A stretch of DNA of 64,000 nucleotides from an uncultured Chloroflexia bacterium (GTDB lineage Bacteria; Chloroflexota; Limnocylindria; Limnocylindrales; CSP1-4): the NCBI GenBank assembly GCA_963813535.1, contig CAWEZH010000003.1, positions 64,001 to 128,000 of the forward strand, given 5' to 3'. Made by a program: the position numbers and the translations under genes. A model generated the notes under the pieces. That model had not been told where the DNA came from and did no database searches. It worked only from the letters and a program-made list of their open reading frames with translations. Below are positions 48,859-59,550 of this stretch, one piece after another. Every line of letters starts with the position of its first letter. Positions within the stretch are counted from its first letter, which is position 1.

Positions 48859-49971
48859 TCAGCCGGGCTCGACGATCACCAACTCACGGGCCCGCGCCGG
48901 ATCAAGGAAGGCGGCGAGCGAGGTCGCCTCCTCCTCCAGCTCGACTCGCTCGACCCGGGTCAGTCGACGGCCGAGCTCGACCGTCATCGTCGCGGCCTTC
49001 CCTGTTCGACGAACGCGCCACGCGGCGGCGATCCCGCCGTTGACGAGGATGGGCCCCTTCCAGCCGAATTCGATGCCCCACGACAACTCCCCGTCGATGC
49101 GCGACCGGTCGTCGTGGGACAGGAACACGTTGTCGTATTGCGGCAGGAACCGGATCGGGACCGGGACGTCGTCGGCGGCGATGACCCCGTCCTCGACGTC
49201 GAACAGCTCCCGGCCGGCCTCGTCGCGGTACGTCCGAAGACGCGGCCGCAGCCGGTCGATGACCTCGCGCAGGCCAGTGAGCCACGACCAGATGCGGATG
49301 TCGCTCACGGTCGCCGGACCGAACACCGCAAGGTACCGGAGCACCAGGTCGTCGATGCTGGGATGGTCGACCATCGGAGCGCCGAGCCAGCGCTCGGCGG
49401 TCGTGTTGGTCGGACGGCCCGACCGGCCCCACAGCCCGCGCGGCGGGACCTGGACGAGCGGCAGCAGGAAACGGGCCGCGTAGGCGAGCGACGGCGCGTC
49501 GCGATCCGGCCATGCCGGACCGAGGGCCGCGCCGAGCTGCGACGGCGTCATCGGCTGCTCCTCAAGGACATCGCGCGCGCGCGCGAGGACGGCGTCGAGG
49601 TCGACCCCGACGAGCCGCTTCGCGAACGGGCTGCTGCGCCAGGACCGGGCCATGACGTCGGCCAGGATGGGGTACTGCGCCAGGGCATCGCGCGCCGTGA
49701 CGAGATGGAGCGTGCCCCGCAGGTGGCCCATGCGGACGGCCTGGCGCTGCTCGATCGCACGGCTCAACTCCGTCGGATCGAACCCGTCGATCCGCGTCCA
49801 CAGTCCGACATACGGGTCGGGCGGTTCTTGCGCCTGCATGCCGACCAGGTGCTCGACCACCTCGAGCGCCGGCCGCCGGACCCGCTCGACCAGGAGCTGC
49901 CGGGTGAGCAGGGTGCGGTTGAGGGTGCGGCGCGAGAGCACCGGCTCGTTCGAGGCGCGGGCGGCCGTCAC
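48859..49971 (-). CDS. HTH_42 winged-helix DNA glycosylase (AlkZ-like)
   Basis: LNRTLLTRQLL, GMQAQE (QxQ), RGTLHLV, FGPATVSD..WS, FLPQYDN. Confidence 0.88.
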   Translation of the reverse strand: MTAARASNEPVLSRRTLNRTLLTRQLLVERVRRPALEVVEHLVGMQAQEPPDPYVGLWTRIDGFDPTELSRAIEQRQAVRMGHLRGTLHLVTARDALAQYPILADVMARSWRSSPFAKRLVGVDLDAVLARARDVLEEQPMTPSQLGAALGPAWPDRDAPSLAYAARFLLPLVQVPPRGLWGRSGRPTNTTAERWLGAPMVDHPSIDDLVLRYLAVFGPATVSDIRIWSWLTGLREVIDRLRPRLRTYRDEAGRELFDVEDGVIAADDVPVPIRFLPQYDNVFLSHDDRSRIDGELSWGIEFGWKGPILVNGGIAAAWRVRRTGKAATMTVELGRRLTRVERVELEEEATSLAAFLDPARARELVIVEPG

Positions 49972-50489
49972 GAGCGGCTCGCCCGCTCGAATGCCTCCAG
50001 CGTGTCGGCCGAGAACAGGACGAACGTGACCGTATCGAGCGCCTCGGGATGCTCGGCGATCCATGCATCCACCGCCTGGAGCGCGACCTTGGCGGCAGCC
50101 TCGACCGGATAGCCGTACACGCCGGTGGAGATCGACGGCAACGCCACGCTCCTGCACCCTTCCGCCGCGGCACGGTCGAGGGACGTCCGATATGCACTGG
50201 CCAGCAGCTCGGGCTCACCCGCGTCGCCGCCACGCCAGATCGGGCCGACGGCGTGGACCACGACGCGGGCCGGCAGTGCACCGGCATCACTGACCACGGC
50301 ACTCCCGGTCGGGCAGTGCCGGGCAGGTCCATAGCGACGCTCAAGGTCGGCCATGACCGCCGCCCCACCGGCCCGATGGATGGCCCCGTCCACGCCGCCG
50401 CCGCCCGCAAGTCGCTCGTTCGCGGCGTTGACGATGGCGTCCGCCGCGACGCCCGTGATATCGCCCTGGACCAGGCGGATCTCGGTCAT
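49968..50489 (-). CDS. macrodomain O-acetyl-ADP-ribose deacetylase (YmdB-like)
   Basis: GDIT, IVNAAN, GGGGVDGAIHRAGG, HAVGP, STGVYGYP. Confidence 0.93.
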   Translation of the reverse strand: MTEIRLVQGDITGVAADAIVNAANERLAGGGGVDGAIHRAGGAAVMADLERRYGPARHCPTGSAVVSDAGALPARVVVHAVGPIWRGGDAGEPELLASAYRTSLDRAAAEGCRSVALPSISTGVYGYPVEAAAKVALQAVDAWIAEHPEALDTVTFVLFSADTLEAFERASRS

Positions 50490-51379
50490 CCCGTCGTGAC
50501 GGTCTCGTCCTCGAGATCCCGGATGAATCGGTGGATGACCTTGGCGAGTCGCGGCCCGGCCGTGGCGCCGGCCTCCAGGACCTCGTCGTGCGTCAAGGGC
50601 GCGCCCGAGTACCCGGCCCCGGCATTGGTGACCAGCGAGACGCCACAGACCTCCAGACCGACCCAGCGGGCGGCGATGCATTCGAGGACCGTCGACATGC
50701 CGACCGCGTCACCGCCGAGCGCCGCGAGCATCCGGACCTCGGCCGGCGTCTCGTACGTCGGCCCGCTGAGCCCGACGTAGACACCCTCGCGCATCTCGAC
50801 ATCCTCGGCGGCAGCCGCCGATTGGAGGCGGCTGCGCAGGCGTGGGCTCCACGCCTCGGTCATGTCGGGAAAGCGCGGGCCCAGCTCATCGGCGTTGCGG
50901 CCGGTCAGCGGCGACCGACCGGTCAGGTTGATGTGGTCGCTCATGATCATCAGGGTGCCCGGCCCGAACGAGGGGTCGAGCCCGCCGGCGGCGTTGGTCA
51001 GCACCACGATCCGCGCGCCGAGGGACCGGAACAGCAGGACGGGCTGGACGACGAGACCCGGGTCGTTGCCCTCGTACAGGTGGAAGCGGCCCTGGAGCAT
51101 GACGACGGGCCGGCCCCCGATCGTGCCGAGCAGCAATCGACCGACGTGACCCGGTGCCGTCGCGGCGGGCCAGCCCGGCAGCTCATCGAAGGGGATCGCG
51201 ACGGGATCCTCGAGAGCGTCGGCAAGACCCCCGAGTCCTGAGCCGAGCACGATGCCAACCTCGGGCACGATGTCGGTACGTCGCCGGACCGCTTCCACGA
51301 GCGCCACGATCCGTGCCGGTTGGTCGACCGGTGGGATCGGCTGGCCGGGGTCGATCATCACGCTGGCAGGGTCCGACAC
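50486..51379 (-). CDS. punA: purine nucleoside phosphorylase (trimeric family)
   Basis: VLGSGLG, GH.G.L, GRFHLYEG, TNAAGG, GPTYETPAE, VGMSTV; GTG start after GAGGAGG. Confidence 0.93.
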   Translation of the reverse strand: MSDPASVMIDPGQPIPPVDQPARIVALVEAVRRRTDIVPEVGIVLGSGLGGLADALEDPVAIPFDELPGWPAATAPGHVGRLLLGTIGGRPVVMLQGRFHLYEGNDPGLVVQPVLLFRSLGARIVVLTNAAGGLDPSFGPGTLMIMSDHINLTGRSPLTGRNADELGPRFPDMTEAWSPRLRSRLQSAAAAEDVEMREGVYVGLSGPTYETPAEVRMLAALGGDAVGMSTVLECIAARWVGLEVCGVSLVTNAGAGYSGAPLTHDEVLEAGATAGPRLAKVIHRFIRDLEDETVTTG

Positions 51380-51640
51380 GCGTTCCTCCTCGCGTCTTCC
51401 AGCATGACAGGGAGGAACGAGGTCGTGGGTGGGGGTCAGAGGCCTCGTCGCGCCCGACGGAAGTATCGACACCGGGATGCCGATCGCGTCCCGTCGGGCG
51501 CCTTTCCCGTGGACGGGCCGCGGTGAGACGGCCGCGCGACCGCGGGCAACGAAGCGCCCGAAGCGACCGGCGGCGGACAAAGGTCCTTGATGTGATCTCG
51601 GTTCCTGCGTCCTGTCGGCCCCTTCGGGCACGACCTACGG
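51380..51640. ncRNA. candidate structured RNA or PNP leader with RBS-sequestering stem
   Basis: AGGTCGTG 51420-51427 pairs with CACGACCT 51629-51636; internal 10-bp stem; minus-strand CGTTCCTCC pairs with the SD GGAGGAACG. Confidence 0.4.
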
Positions 51641-51671
51641 TATCGGCCGGGTCAGCGGTGGGTCAACGCGC

Positions 51672-51757
51672 TTATCCACGAACATCGGATCGCCCCGCGA
51701 TGGCTGTCCACGGGATCCAGGGGCCTGTGGTCGGCATGTGGATAACCCTGTGGACGA
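51672..51757. promoter_or_regulatory. DnaA-box cluster
   Basis: TTATCCACG 51672-51680, CTGTCCACG 51704-51712, perfect TGTGGATAA 51737-51745, TGTGGACGA 51749-51757. Confidence 0.65.
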
Positions 51758-51772
51758 CTGGTGTCGAGCCGT

Positions 51773-52834
51773 TCAGCCACCCATCGCGAACATCTCGATC
51801 TTCGGCAGATCGGATGTCGAGTCGGAACGCGATTCCGAATAGCGGTCGTCCCGGGCGCGCCACGTATCCGTGAGGAATGCGAGCAACTCGTCGTCCGACG
51901 ACCCGTCGCGCAGGACCGCGCGGACGTCGCGACCGTCGACGGCGAACAGGCAGGTGTAGAGCTTTCCGTCCGCCGACAGGCGCGCGCGCGTGCAGTCGCG
52001 GCAGAACGGCCGCGTGACCGAGGAGATGATGCCGAACTCTCCGCCGCCATCGGCATAGCGCCAGCGCCCGGCCACTTCGCCGCGATACTGCGGCTCGGCC
52101 GGATCGGCCGGCCACGCCGCGGTGACCGTATCGATCAGCTCGGCCGCCGGGACGACCTCGTCGAGCCGCCAGCCGTTCGAATGGCCGACATCCATGTACT
52201 CGATGAAGCGGAGCGTCACGCCGGTGTCCCTGGCCCAGCGTGCCATCGGGACGACGGACGTCTCGTTGATGCCGCGCCGGACGACCATGTTGATCTTGAC
52301 CGGCGTCAGCCCCGCCTCGATGGCGGCATCGATGCCGTCGAGCACCTTGGCGACCGGGAAGTCGACCCCGTTCATCGCGCCGAACACCGCATCGTCGAGC
52401 GAGTCCAGGCTGACCGTCGCGCGACGCAGGCCGGCGTCAGCCAACGGCTGCGCGAGCGACCGGAGGGCCGCACCGTTCGTCGTCAGCGTCAGGTCGAGGG
52501 CCCGCCCGGCCGGTGTCCGCAGGTCGGCCAGCATCCGGATGAGCTCGGGCAGCCCGCGCCGGACCAGTGGCTCACCGCCGGTGATCCGCAGCTTCTCGAC
52601 GCCGAGCTGGACGAAGGCCCGGGCGGCACGGTGGATCTCTTCGAAGGACAGCACCTGGTCCTTGGGCAGGAACGCGTAGTCGCGCCCGAAGATCTCCTTG
52701 GGCATGCAGTAGGTGCACCGGAAGTTGCACCTGTCGGTGACGGAGATCCGCAGGTCGTGCAGCGGCCGCCCGAGACGGTCGAGCGGACGGCTTGGGGCGG
52801 CGACGATCGCAGGGGCGTCCATTTCGACGTCCAT
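51773..52834 (-). CDS. moaA: GTP 3',8-cyclase (molybdenum cofactor biosynthesis)
   Basis: LRISVTDRCNFRCTYCMP, TGGEPL, FCRDCTRARL..TCLF, C-terminal MFAMGG; alternative start at 52822. Confidence 0.96.
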   Translation of the reverse strand: MDVEMDAPAIVAAPSRPLDRLGRPLHDLRISVTDRCNFRCTYCMPKEIFGRDYAFLPKDQVLSFEEIHRAARAFVQLGVEKLRITGGEPLVRRGLPELIRMLADLRTPAGRALDLTLTTNGAALRSLAQPLADAGLRRATVSLDSLDDAVFGAMNGVDFPVAKVLDGIDAAIEAGLTPVKINMVVRRGINETSVVPMARWARDTGVTLRFIEYMDVGHSNGWRLDEVVPAAELIDTVTAAWPADPAEPQYRGEVAGRWRYADGGGEFGIISSVTRPFCRDCTRARLSADGKLYTCLFAVDGRDVRAVLRDGSSDDELLAFLTDTWRARDDRYSESRSDSTSDLPKIEMFAMGG

Positions 52835-53004
52835 CGTAGCGCCGAACCCCGTTGCACCTGCACAACGCCACGAGGTACGGGGCCTCCATAGGTACGACCG
52901 GCGTACACCGCTGGTACCACTAGCGGACTCCACCGCACCGAACCTCGCTGGCACGATGCCATCACACCCCGAAAGCGCCACCTATTCCGACGAGGGATCC
53001 ACGC

Positions 53005-54507
53005 ATGGCATCGACCGACGCGAAGAGCGGCTTCCGTCTCCCCTGGAGCACCGACCGCAACGACTCCGACGCCGAGTCCGACCCGTCCGCAGAGGCCGGT
53101 GCCGTGGATGCAACCCAGCAGCAAGGCGACAGCGAGAGCGAGACCCCCACGATGATCGATAGTGCGCTGACCCCCGCCGGCGAGGCACCCCAGGACGACG
53201 CCGCCGCCGTGGCGACGGACGCACCAGCGACCGGCACCGCCCCTGAGGTCCCGGCCGCGACGGCTGACGTCCCCGCGGCTGCGCCGGCACCCGCTCCGAA
53301 GCGCAAGCCGAACAAGTTCATGGCCGACCTGACGAAGGCCATGCAGACCGCCGCCGAAGCCGCCCGCGCCGACACGCTCGAGCGCTTCTCGGCCGAGGCG
53401 AAGACGCACATCGAGGCCATCCACGCCAGCACGGCCGACGAGGCCACGGCGCTGCGCAAGCGGGCCGACGACGACATCGCGGCCGTCCGCGACTGGTCCA
53501 AGCAGGAGATCGCCCGGATCCGCGAGGAGACCGACGAGCGCATCGCCCACCGCAAGGAAGTCCTCGAGCGTGAGATCGAGGCGCACGCCGCCGAGATCGA
53601 GGCGCGCATCGACAACGTCCAGTCGCGCGTGACCGCGTTCGAGGCGGACATGGCCGCGTTCTTCGAGAAGCTCCTGAGCGAGGATGACCCGACGCGATTC
53701 GCGGCCATGGCTGAGACGCTCCCCGAGCCACCCGCGTTCGACGACGACGACATGGCGCCCTCGAGCTGGGCTACGCCGGTCGAGACACCCGCCGCCGAGA
53801 CACCCGAGCCGGTCGAGACCACGACCACCGAAGCCGTCTCGACGGTGGACGCCACCGAGGCGCCCGAGGCCTCCGCCGAGGCGCCGGTCGACGAGGCCGC
53901 CACGATCGAACCTGTCGCAACGGCTCCCGTCGAGGAGCCCGTCTCCGAAGGGACGACCGAGGCCCCGACGTCCGAGTCGACGTCCGAGTCCGCGCCCGAG
54001 GCGACGCCAGAGGACAGCGGCGATCTGTTCGGCATCGCGCCCGACGCCGCAGGCGACGAGACGGATCCGCGCCTGTCCGCGCTCGGCATCGAGCAGGACT
54101 TCGCGGCCGCCGAGGCCGAGGCCGCCGAGTTCCCGGCCGAAGCGACGACCGATGAGCAGGAGATCCCGACCATCGCCGAGGACGCGCTCGCTGCACGCCT
54201 TGCCGGGCTCGTCGCGGAAGAGCATGCCCCCGCCGGTGAAGCCGCCTCGACGCGCGTCGTCGTGACCGGCCTCGTCAGCGTGGCAAGCATCGCCGGCTTC
54301 AAGCGCAACCTCGCCCGCGTCAGCGGTGTCCGATCGGTCGGCGTGTCGTCCGGCCCGGATGGCGAGTTCGTGTTCGCGGTCTCCCACGATCCTGGTCTCA
54401 GCCTGACCGACGGCATCGCGACGCTGCCGGGCTTCGGTGCCCGCGTCACGAACGAGGCCGAAGGCGAGCTCACCGTCGCGGCGCGCGACCCCGAATCGGA
54501 GGGCTGA
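53005..54507 (+). CDS. acidic coiled-coil / low-complexity protein of unknown function
   Basis: GAGGG RBS; strong GC3 codon bias; heptad-like A/E/R region; E/T/P/A-rich linker; globular C-terminal domain. Confidence 0.75.
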   Translation: MASTDAKSGFRLPWSTDRNDSDAESDPSAEAGAVDATQQQGDSESETPTMIDSALTPAGEAPQDDAAAVATDAPATGTAPEVPAATADVPAAAPAPAPKRKPNKFMADLTKAMQTAAEAARADTLERFSAEAKTHIEAIHASTADEATALRKRADDDIAAVRDWSKQEIARIREETDERIAHRKEVLEREIEAHAAEIEARIDNVQSRVTAFEADMAAFFEKLLSEDDPTRFAAMAETLPEPPAFDDDDMAPSSWATPVETPAAETPEPVETTTTEAVSTVDATEAPEASAEAPVDEAATIEPVATAPVEEPVSEGTTEAPTSESTSESAPEATPEDSGDLFGIAPDAAGDETDPRLSALGIEQDFAAAEAEAAEFPAEATTDEQEIPTIAEDALAARLAGLVAEEHAPAGEAASTRVVVTGLVSVASIAGFKRNLARVSGVRSVGVSSGPDGEFVFAVSHDPGLSLTDGIATLPGFGARVTNEAEGELTVAARDPESEG

Positions 54508-54511
54508 CATC

Positions 54512-55738
54512 GTGGCGCGACCGGCCATCGCCGTCGCCCTGCCGTCCAGCGAGGCCGCGCCAGTCTCCGCCGAGCTGCGCGCTGCGGGCTTCACGGTCGC
54601 GACCGTCAACCACCCGGACGAGCTCGAGGCGCTGCTCGCGGCGCGACGCGACGTCGCGGTCGCGATCCTCGACGGCGAGACGGACCTCGACCAGTCGCTC
54701 GAGTACTACTCGCTGCTGCGCGATGCCGGGCGCAAGATCCCGGCGCTGATGGTGCTGTCCGAGCGCTCGCTCGGACGACTCGACCCGAACAACGGCGACG
54801 TCGAGGACGAGTACTTCACCCGACCCTATTCGGCCGAGTCACTGCGCTGGCGCGTCGAGGCGATGTGCATCCGCAGCCAGACCGTCGACGATGGATCGGG
54901 TCCGGTCCTCCAGGGCGGCCCCATGGAGGCGGAAGGTTGGACCGCCCGCGCGACGATCCTGGCGGTGTTCAATCCGAAGGGCGGCGTCGGCAAGACGACC
55001 ATCGCGACGAACCTCGCGTCGGTCCTCCAGACCCGCCGGGGCCACAACGTCCTGCTGGTGGACGCCGACACGGTCACCGGGCACGTGACGACATCCCTTG
55101 GCATCGACGGCGTGCGGACGCTTTCGGACGCCTGGCGCGACGAGCGGGAGGGCGGTCCGCGCGAGACCCTCGTCGACATCGCGTCGGCGCATTCGTCGGG
55201 CATGAAGGTGGCCGCGTTGACGTCGTCGCCGCTCGATAGCGAGATCCTCGATCCGGAACGCGTGGCGTTGGCCATCACGGCTGCCCGACGTGGGTTCGAG
55301 TTCGTCGTCGTCGACCTGCACCCGTCGTACAGCCGGCTCAACCAGGCGATCTTCGCGATCGCCGACAAGATCCTCGTGCCGGTCACCCCGGACGTGCCGG
55401 CCATCCGGGCGGCGGTCCAACTGACCGACTACGCGACCGAGCTCGGCGTCCGCGAACGGCTGGCGCTGGTGATCAATCGTGCCAACAGCGGCGTCGCCGT
55501 GGCCGACATCGAGCGGACCATCGGGATGCCGTCGATCGCGCTCATCCGATCGGGCGGGCTGCTGTTCGTCCGGGCCGCCAACGAAGGTCGGACGGTCATC
55601 GAGATGTTCCCCAAGGAGCGGATCACCGAAGACTTCGACGCGCTGGCGGATCGCGTGCTCGGCACACCGATCGCCCCGCCGGCGGTCAAGGTCCCCTTCG
55701 GCCTCTTCAACCGCGCGAAGACGACCGCTCGAGCGTAG
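54512..55738 (+). CDS. pseudo-receiver plus MinD/ParA-family ATPase (CpaE/TadZ-like)
   Basis: Deviant Walker A NPKGGVGKTT, LLVDAD, VVVDL, INRAN; C-terminal amphipathic PFGLFNRAK. Confidence 0.85.
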   Translation: MARPAIAVALPSSEAAPVSAELRAAGFTVATVNHPDELEALLAARRDVAVAILDGETDLDQSLEYYSLLRDAGRKIPALMVLSERSLGRLDPNNGDVEDEYFTRPYSAESLRWRVEAMCIRSQTVDDGSGPVLQGGPMEAEGWTARATILAVFNPKGGVGKTTIATNLASVLQTRRGHNVLLVDADTVTGHVTTSLGIDGVRTLSDAWRDEREGGPRETLVDIASAHSSGMKVAALTSSPLDSEILDPERVALAITAARRGFEFVVVDLHPSYSRLNQAIFAIADKILVPVTPDVPAIRAAVQLTDYATELGVRERLALVINRANSGVAVADIERTIGMPSIALIRSGGLLFVRAANEGRTVIEMFPKERITEDFDALADRVLGTPIAPPAVKVPFGLFNRAKTTARA

Positions 55739-55766
55739 CCCACGACCGGGGCCGCTCCGGGAGCGG

Positions 55767-56426
55767 CTACCGGGAGCGTTCCTGCCAGGACGTACCGCCA
55801 AGGGGGTTCCCCGGGAGCTTTTGCGGCGCCTCGCCGGTCCGCCGGTCGATCTGCTCGACGCCGCGCAGGTACATGCGGTTGACGAGGATCGCGTCCATCT
55901 GCGGGCCGAAGGCGTCCTCGCCCATATAGGCCGTCGCGTCGACGACTGGCACGAACATCTCCGTGGCTCGATCGAGGAGTCGCTCGGGCTCGGAGCCCGG
56001 GTAGAGGAACACCGTGCCCACGATCCGGAAGGGGGGCACTTCCATCGACACCTCGTACGACACCTTGTGGATGCGATGAGCGGAGCGCTCCTCGTCATTG
56101 AGCGGCGGCAGGGTCGCCTCGCCGGCCAGGACGATGATCAGGTCGTACGGGTCGACGGCCTTGAGCCCGGGGGCCTCGGCCATCTCGGCGGAGCCGTCGA
56201 TGGGCGCCCACCGAACGTCGGAGATCGTCACCGACTCGCGCCTGTTGAGGACGTCCGATAGCCGACCGGACACATCCATCGTGCCGACGATCCGCCATTC
56301 CTCCGTGAGTCCGTCAAAGGCGATGCCACGACCGGCCGTCGACCCCGCCGCCTTGGGCGCATCGGCCAGCGGCACCGTCGATGGCGCCTCCTGCGGCTTC
56401 TTCTTCTTGAGGAAGTCAAACGGCAC
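55767..56426 (-). CDS. hypothetical protein, DUF6812-like tandem repeat
   Basis: Internal repeat WRIVGTM..GRLSDVLN / FRIVGTV..PERLLDR; N-terminal MPFDFLKKKK. Confidence 0.7.
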   Translation of the reverse strand: MPFDFLKKKKPQEAPSTVPLADAPKAAGSTAGRGIAFDGLTEEWRIVGTMDVSGRLSDVLNRRESVTISDVRWAPIDGSAEMAEAPGLKAVDPYDLIIVLAGEATLPPLNDEERSAHRIHKVSYEVSMEVPPFRIVGTVFLYPGSEPERLLDRATEMFVPVVDATAYMGEDAFGPQMDAILVNRMYLRGVEQIDRRTGEAPQKLPGNPLGGTSWQERSR

Positions 56427-56429
56427 TCG

Positions 56430-58409
<1,980 letters not shown>

Positions 58410-58538
58410 GGAAACACACCTCCGGGAGTCAAGCTGGCCGGGTCATCGTACCGCGTGCGGTGGGCGCGACGGCCGGGTCTGCGTCGCTGACCCGTCGTCA
58501 CGGGTGCGCGCACGCCGTCGCGCCTCGCTGAAGGCGCG

Positions 58539-59489
58539 TCACCCGGTGGTCGAGGTCGTGGTCGATCCGTCGCCTTCGTCGTCCGCGGTCGCGAGCCCGG
58601 GGGCGGTCAGGGAATTCGGATCCACCGGGTCCCGCGAGAGGACGACCCGTTGCGGTCGCGGGATCTCGATGCCGTTCGCCTCGAGTGCCGCGAGCAGACG
58701 CTTCCGGAACTCGCCGGCGGCGGTCCACTGCTCCGGCGCCCGGACCGAGCCCAGGATCTTGAGCGTCACGCCGTACTCGCCGAGCGCCTCGACGCGCTCG
58801 ACCCGCGGCGGCTCCAGGATCCGCCGCTTCCAGACGGGATCCTCGGCCATCTCCTGGCCGACGCCGTCGACCACGCTGATCGCGCGGTCGATGTCGGTCC
58901 CGTAGGTGACGGTCACGTCCTGGTTGATGCGGGCCCAGACGCGGGTGAGGTTGGAGGCGACCTTGATCTCGCCGTTGGGGATCGTGTGGACGACGCCATC
59001 GATGTCGCGAACGGTCGTGCGCCGGAGATTGAAGTCCTCGACCGTCCCGGCCACGCCGGCGAGTCGGACGACGTCACCGACGCTGAACTGGTTCTCGACG
59101 AGGATCAGGGCGCCGTTCAGGTAGTCGCGCACCAGGGTCTGGGCACCGAAGCCGACGGCGATGCCGAAGACGCCGAGCCCGGCGACGGCCGGGCCGATGT
59201 CGAGCCCGAGCTTGCCGAGGATCATCAGGCCGGCGATGACCGCGATGAAGAACTGGATCGCGTGGGCGCCCAGGTCCTCGAGCGTGGTCATGCGCTTCTT
59301 GAGCTCGACGGCCGATAACTCCTGGGCCGTGCCCTCGCTCGCCTCGCGATCCAGCAGCGTCTTGACGATGCCGTGCACGAACACGCTGGCGAGCCGCGCC
59401 GCGAGCACCGCGACGAGCACGATGAACAGGATCGGCAGCAGCGTCTGGCGGATGAGGTCGGAGACCTCGGGGGACGTCAGGTCGGGCAT
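58539..59489 (-). CDS. small-conductance mechanosensitive channel (MscS family)
   Basis: GIAVGFGAQTLVRDYLNG, ENQFSVGD, GTVE..LR.T, IPNG. Confidence 0.93.
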   Translation of the reverse strand: MPDLTSPEVSDLIRQTLLPILFIVLVAVLAARLASVFVHGIVKTLLDREASEGTAQELSAVELKKRMTTLEDLGAHAIQFFIAVIAGLMILGKLGLDIGPAVAGLGVFGIAVGFGAQTLVRDYLNGALILVENQFSVGDVVRLAGVAGTVEDFNLRRTTVRDIDGVVHTIPNGEIKVASNLTRVWARINQDVTVTYGTDIDRAISVVDGVGQEMAEDPVWKRRILEPPRVERVEALGEYGVTLKILGSVRAPEQWTAAGEFRKRLLAALEANGIEIPRPQRVVLSRDPVDPNSLTAPGLATADDEGDGSTTTSTTG

Positions 59490-59550
59490 GGCTTACAGCC
59501 TATCGAGTGCAGCCGATGCCTTGGCGCCATCCCGGGCGGGAGGCGTCGGC

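Noticed and set aside
50486-51631. N-terminal ORF extensions (also 3937-5154 and 4748-6667)
   Set aside because: Low-complexity translations upstream of clear RBS and start pairs at 51379, 4785 and 5351
51400-51660. RNase P, SRP or ykkC identity for the structured element
   Set aside because: Conserved signatures such as GAGGAAAGUCC and the SRP GGAAGGAAGCAG loop region were not seen; kept only as an unknown candidate
51672-51757. Definite oriC call
   Set aside because: No dnaA or dnaN, no clear AT-rich unwinding element, and GC skew cannot be assessed from this window
52835-53004. Moco riboswitch upstream of moaA
   Set aside because: No recognisable Moco RNA motif, and a TACGAT -10 abuts the start region, leaving no room for a leader
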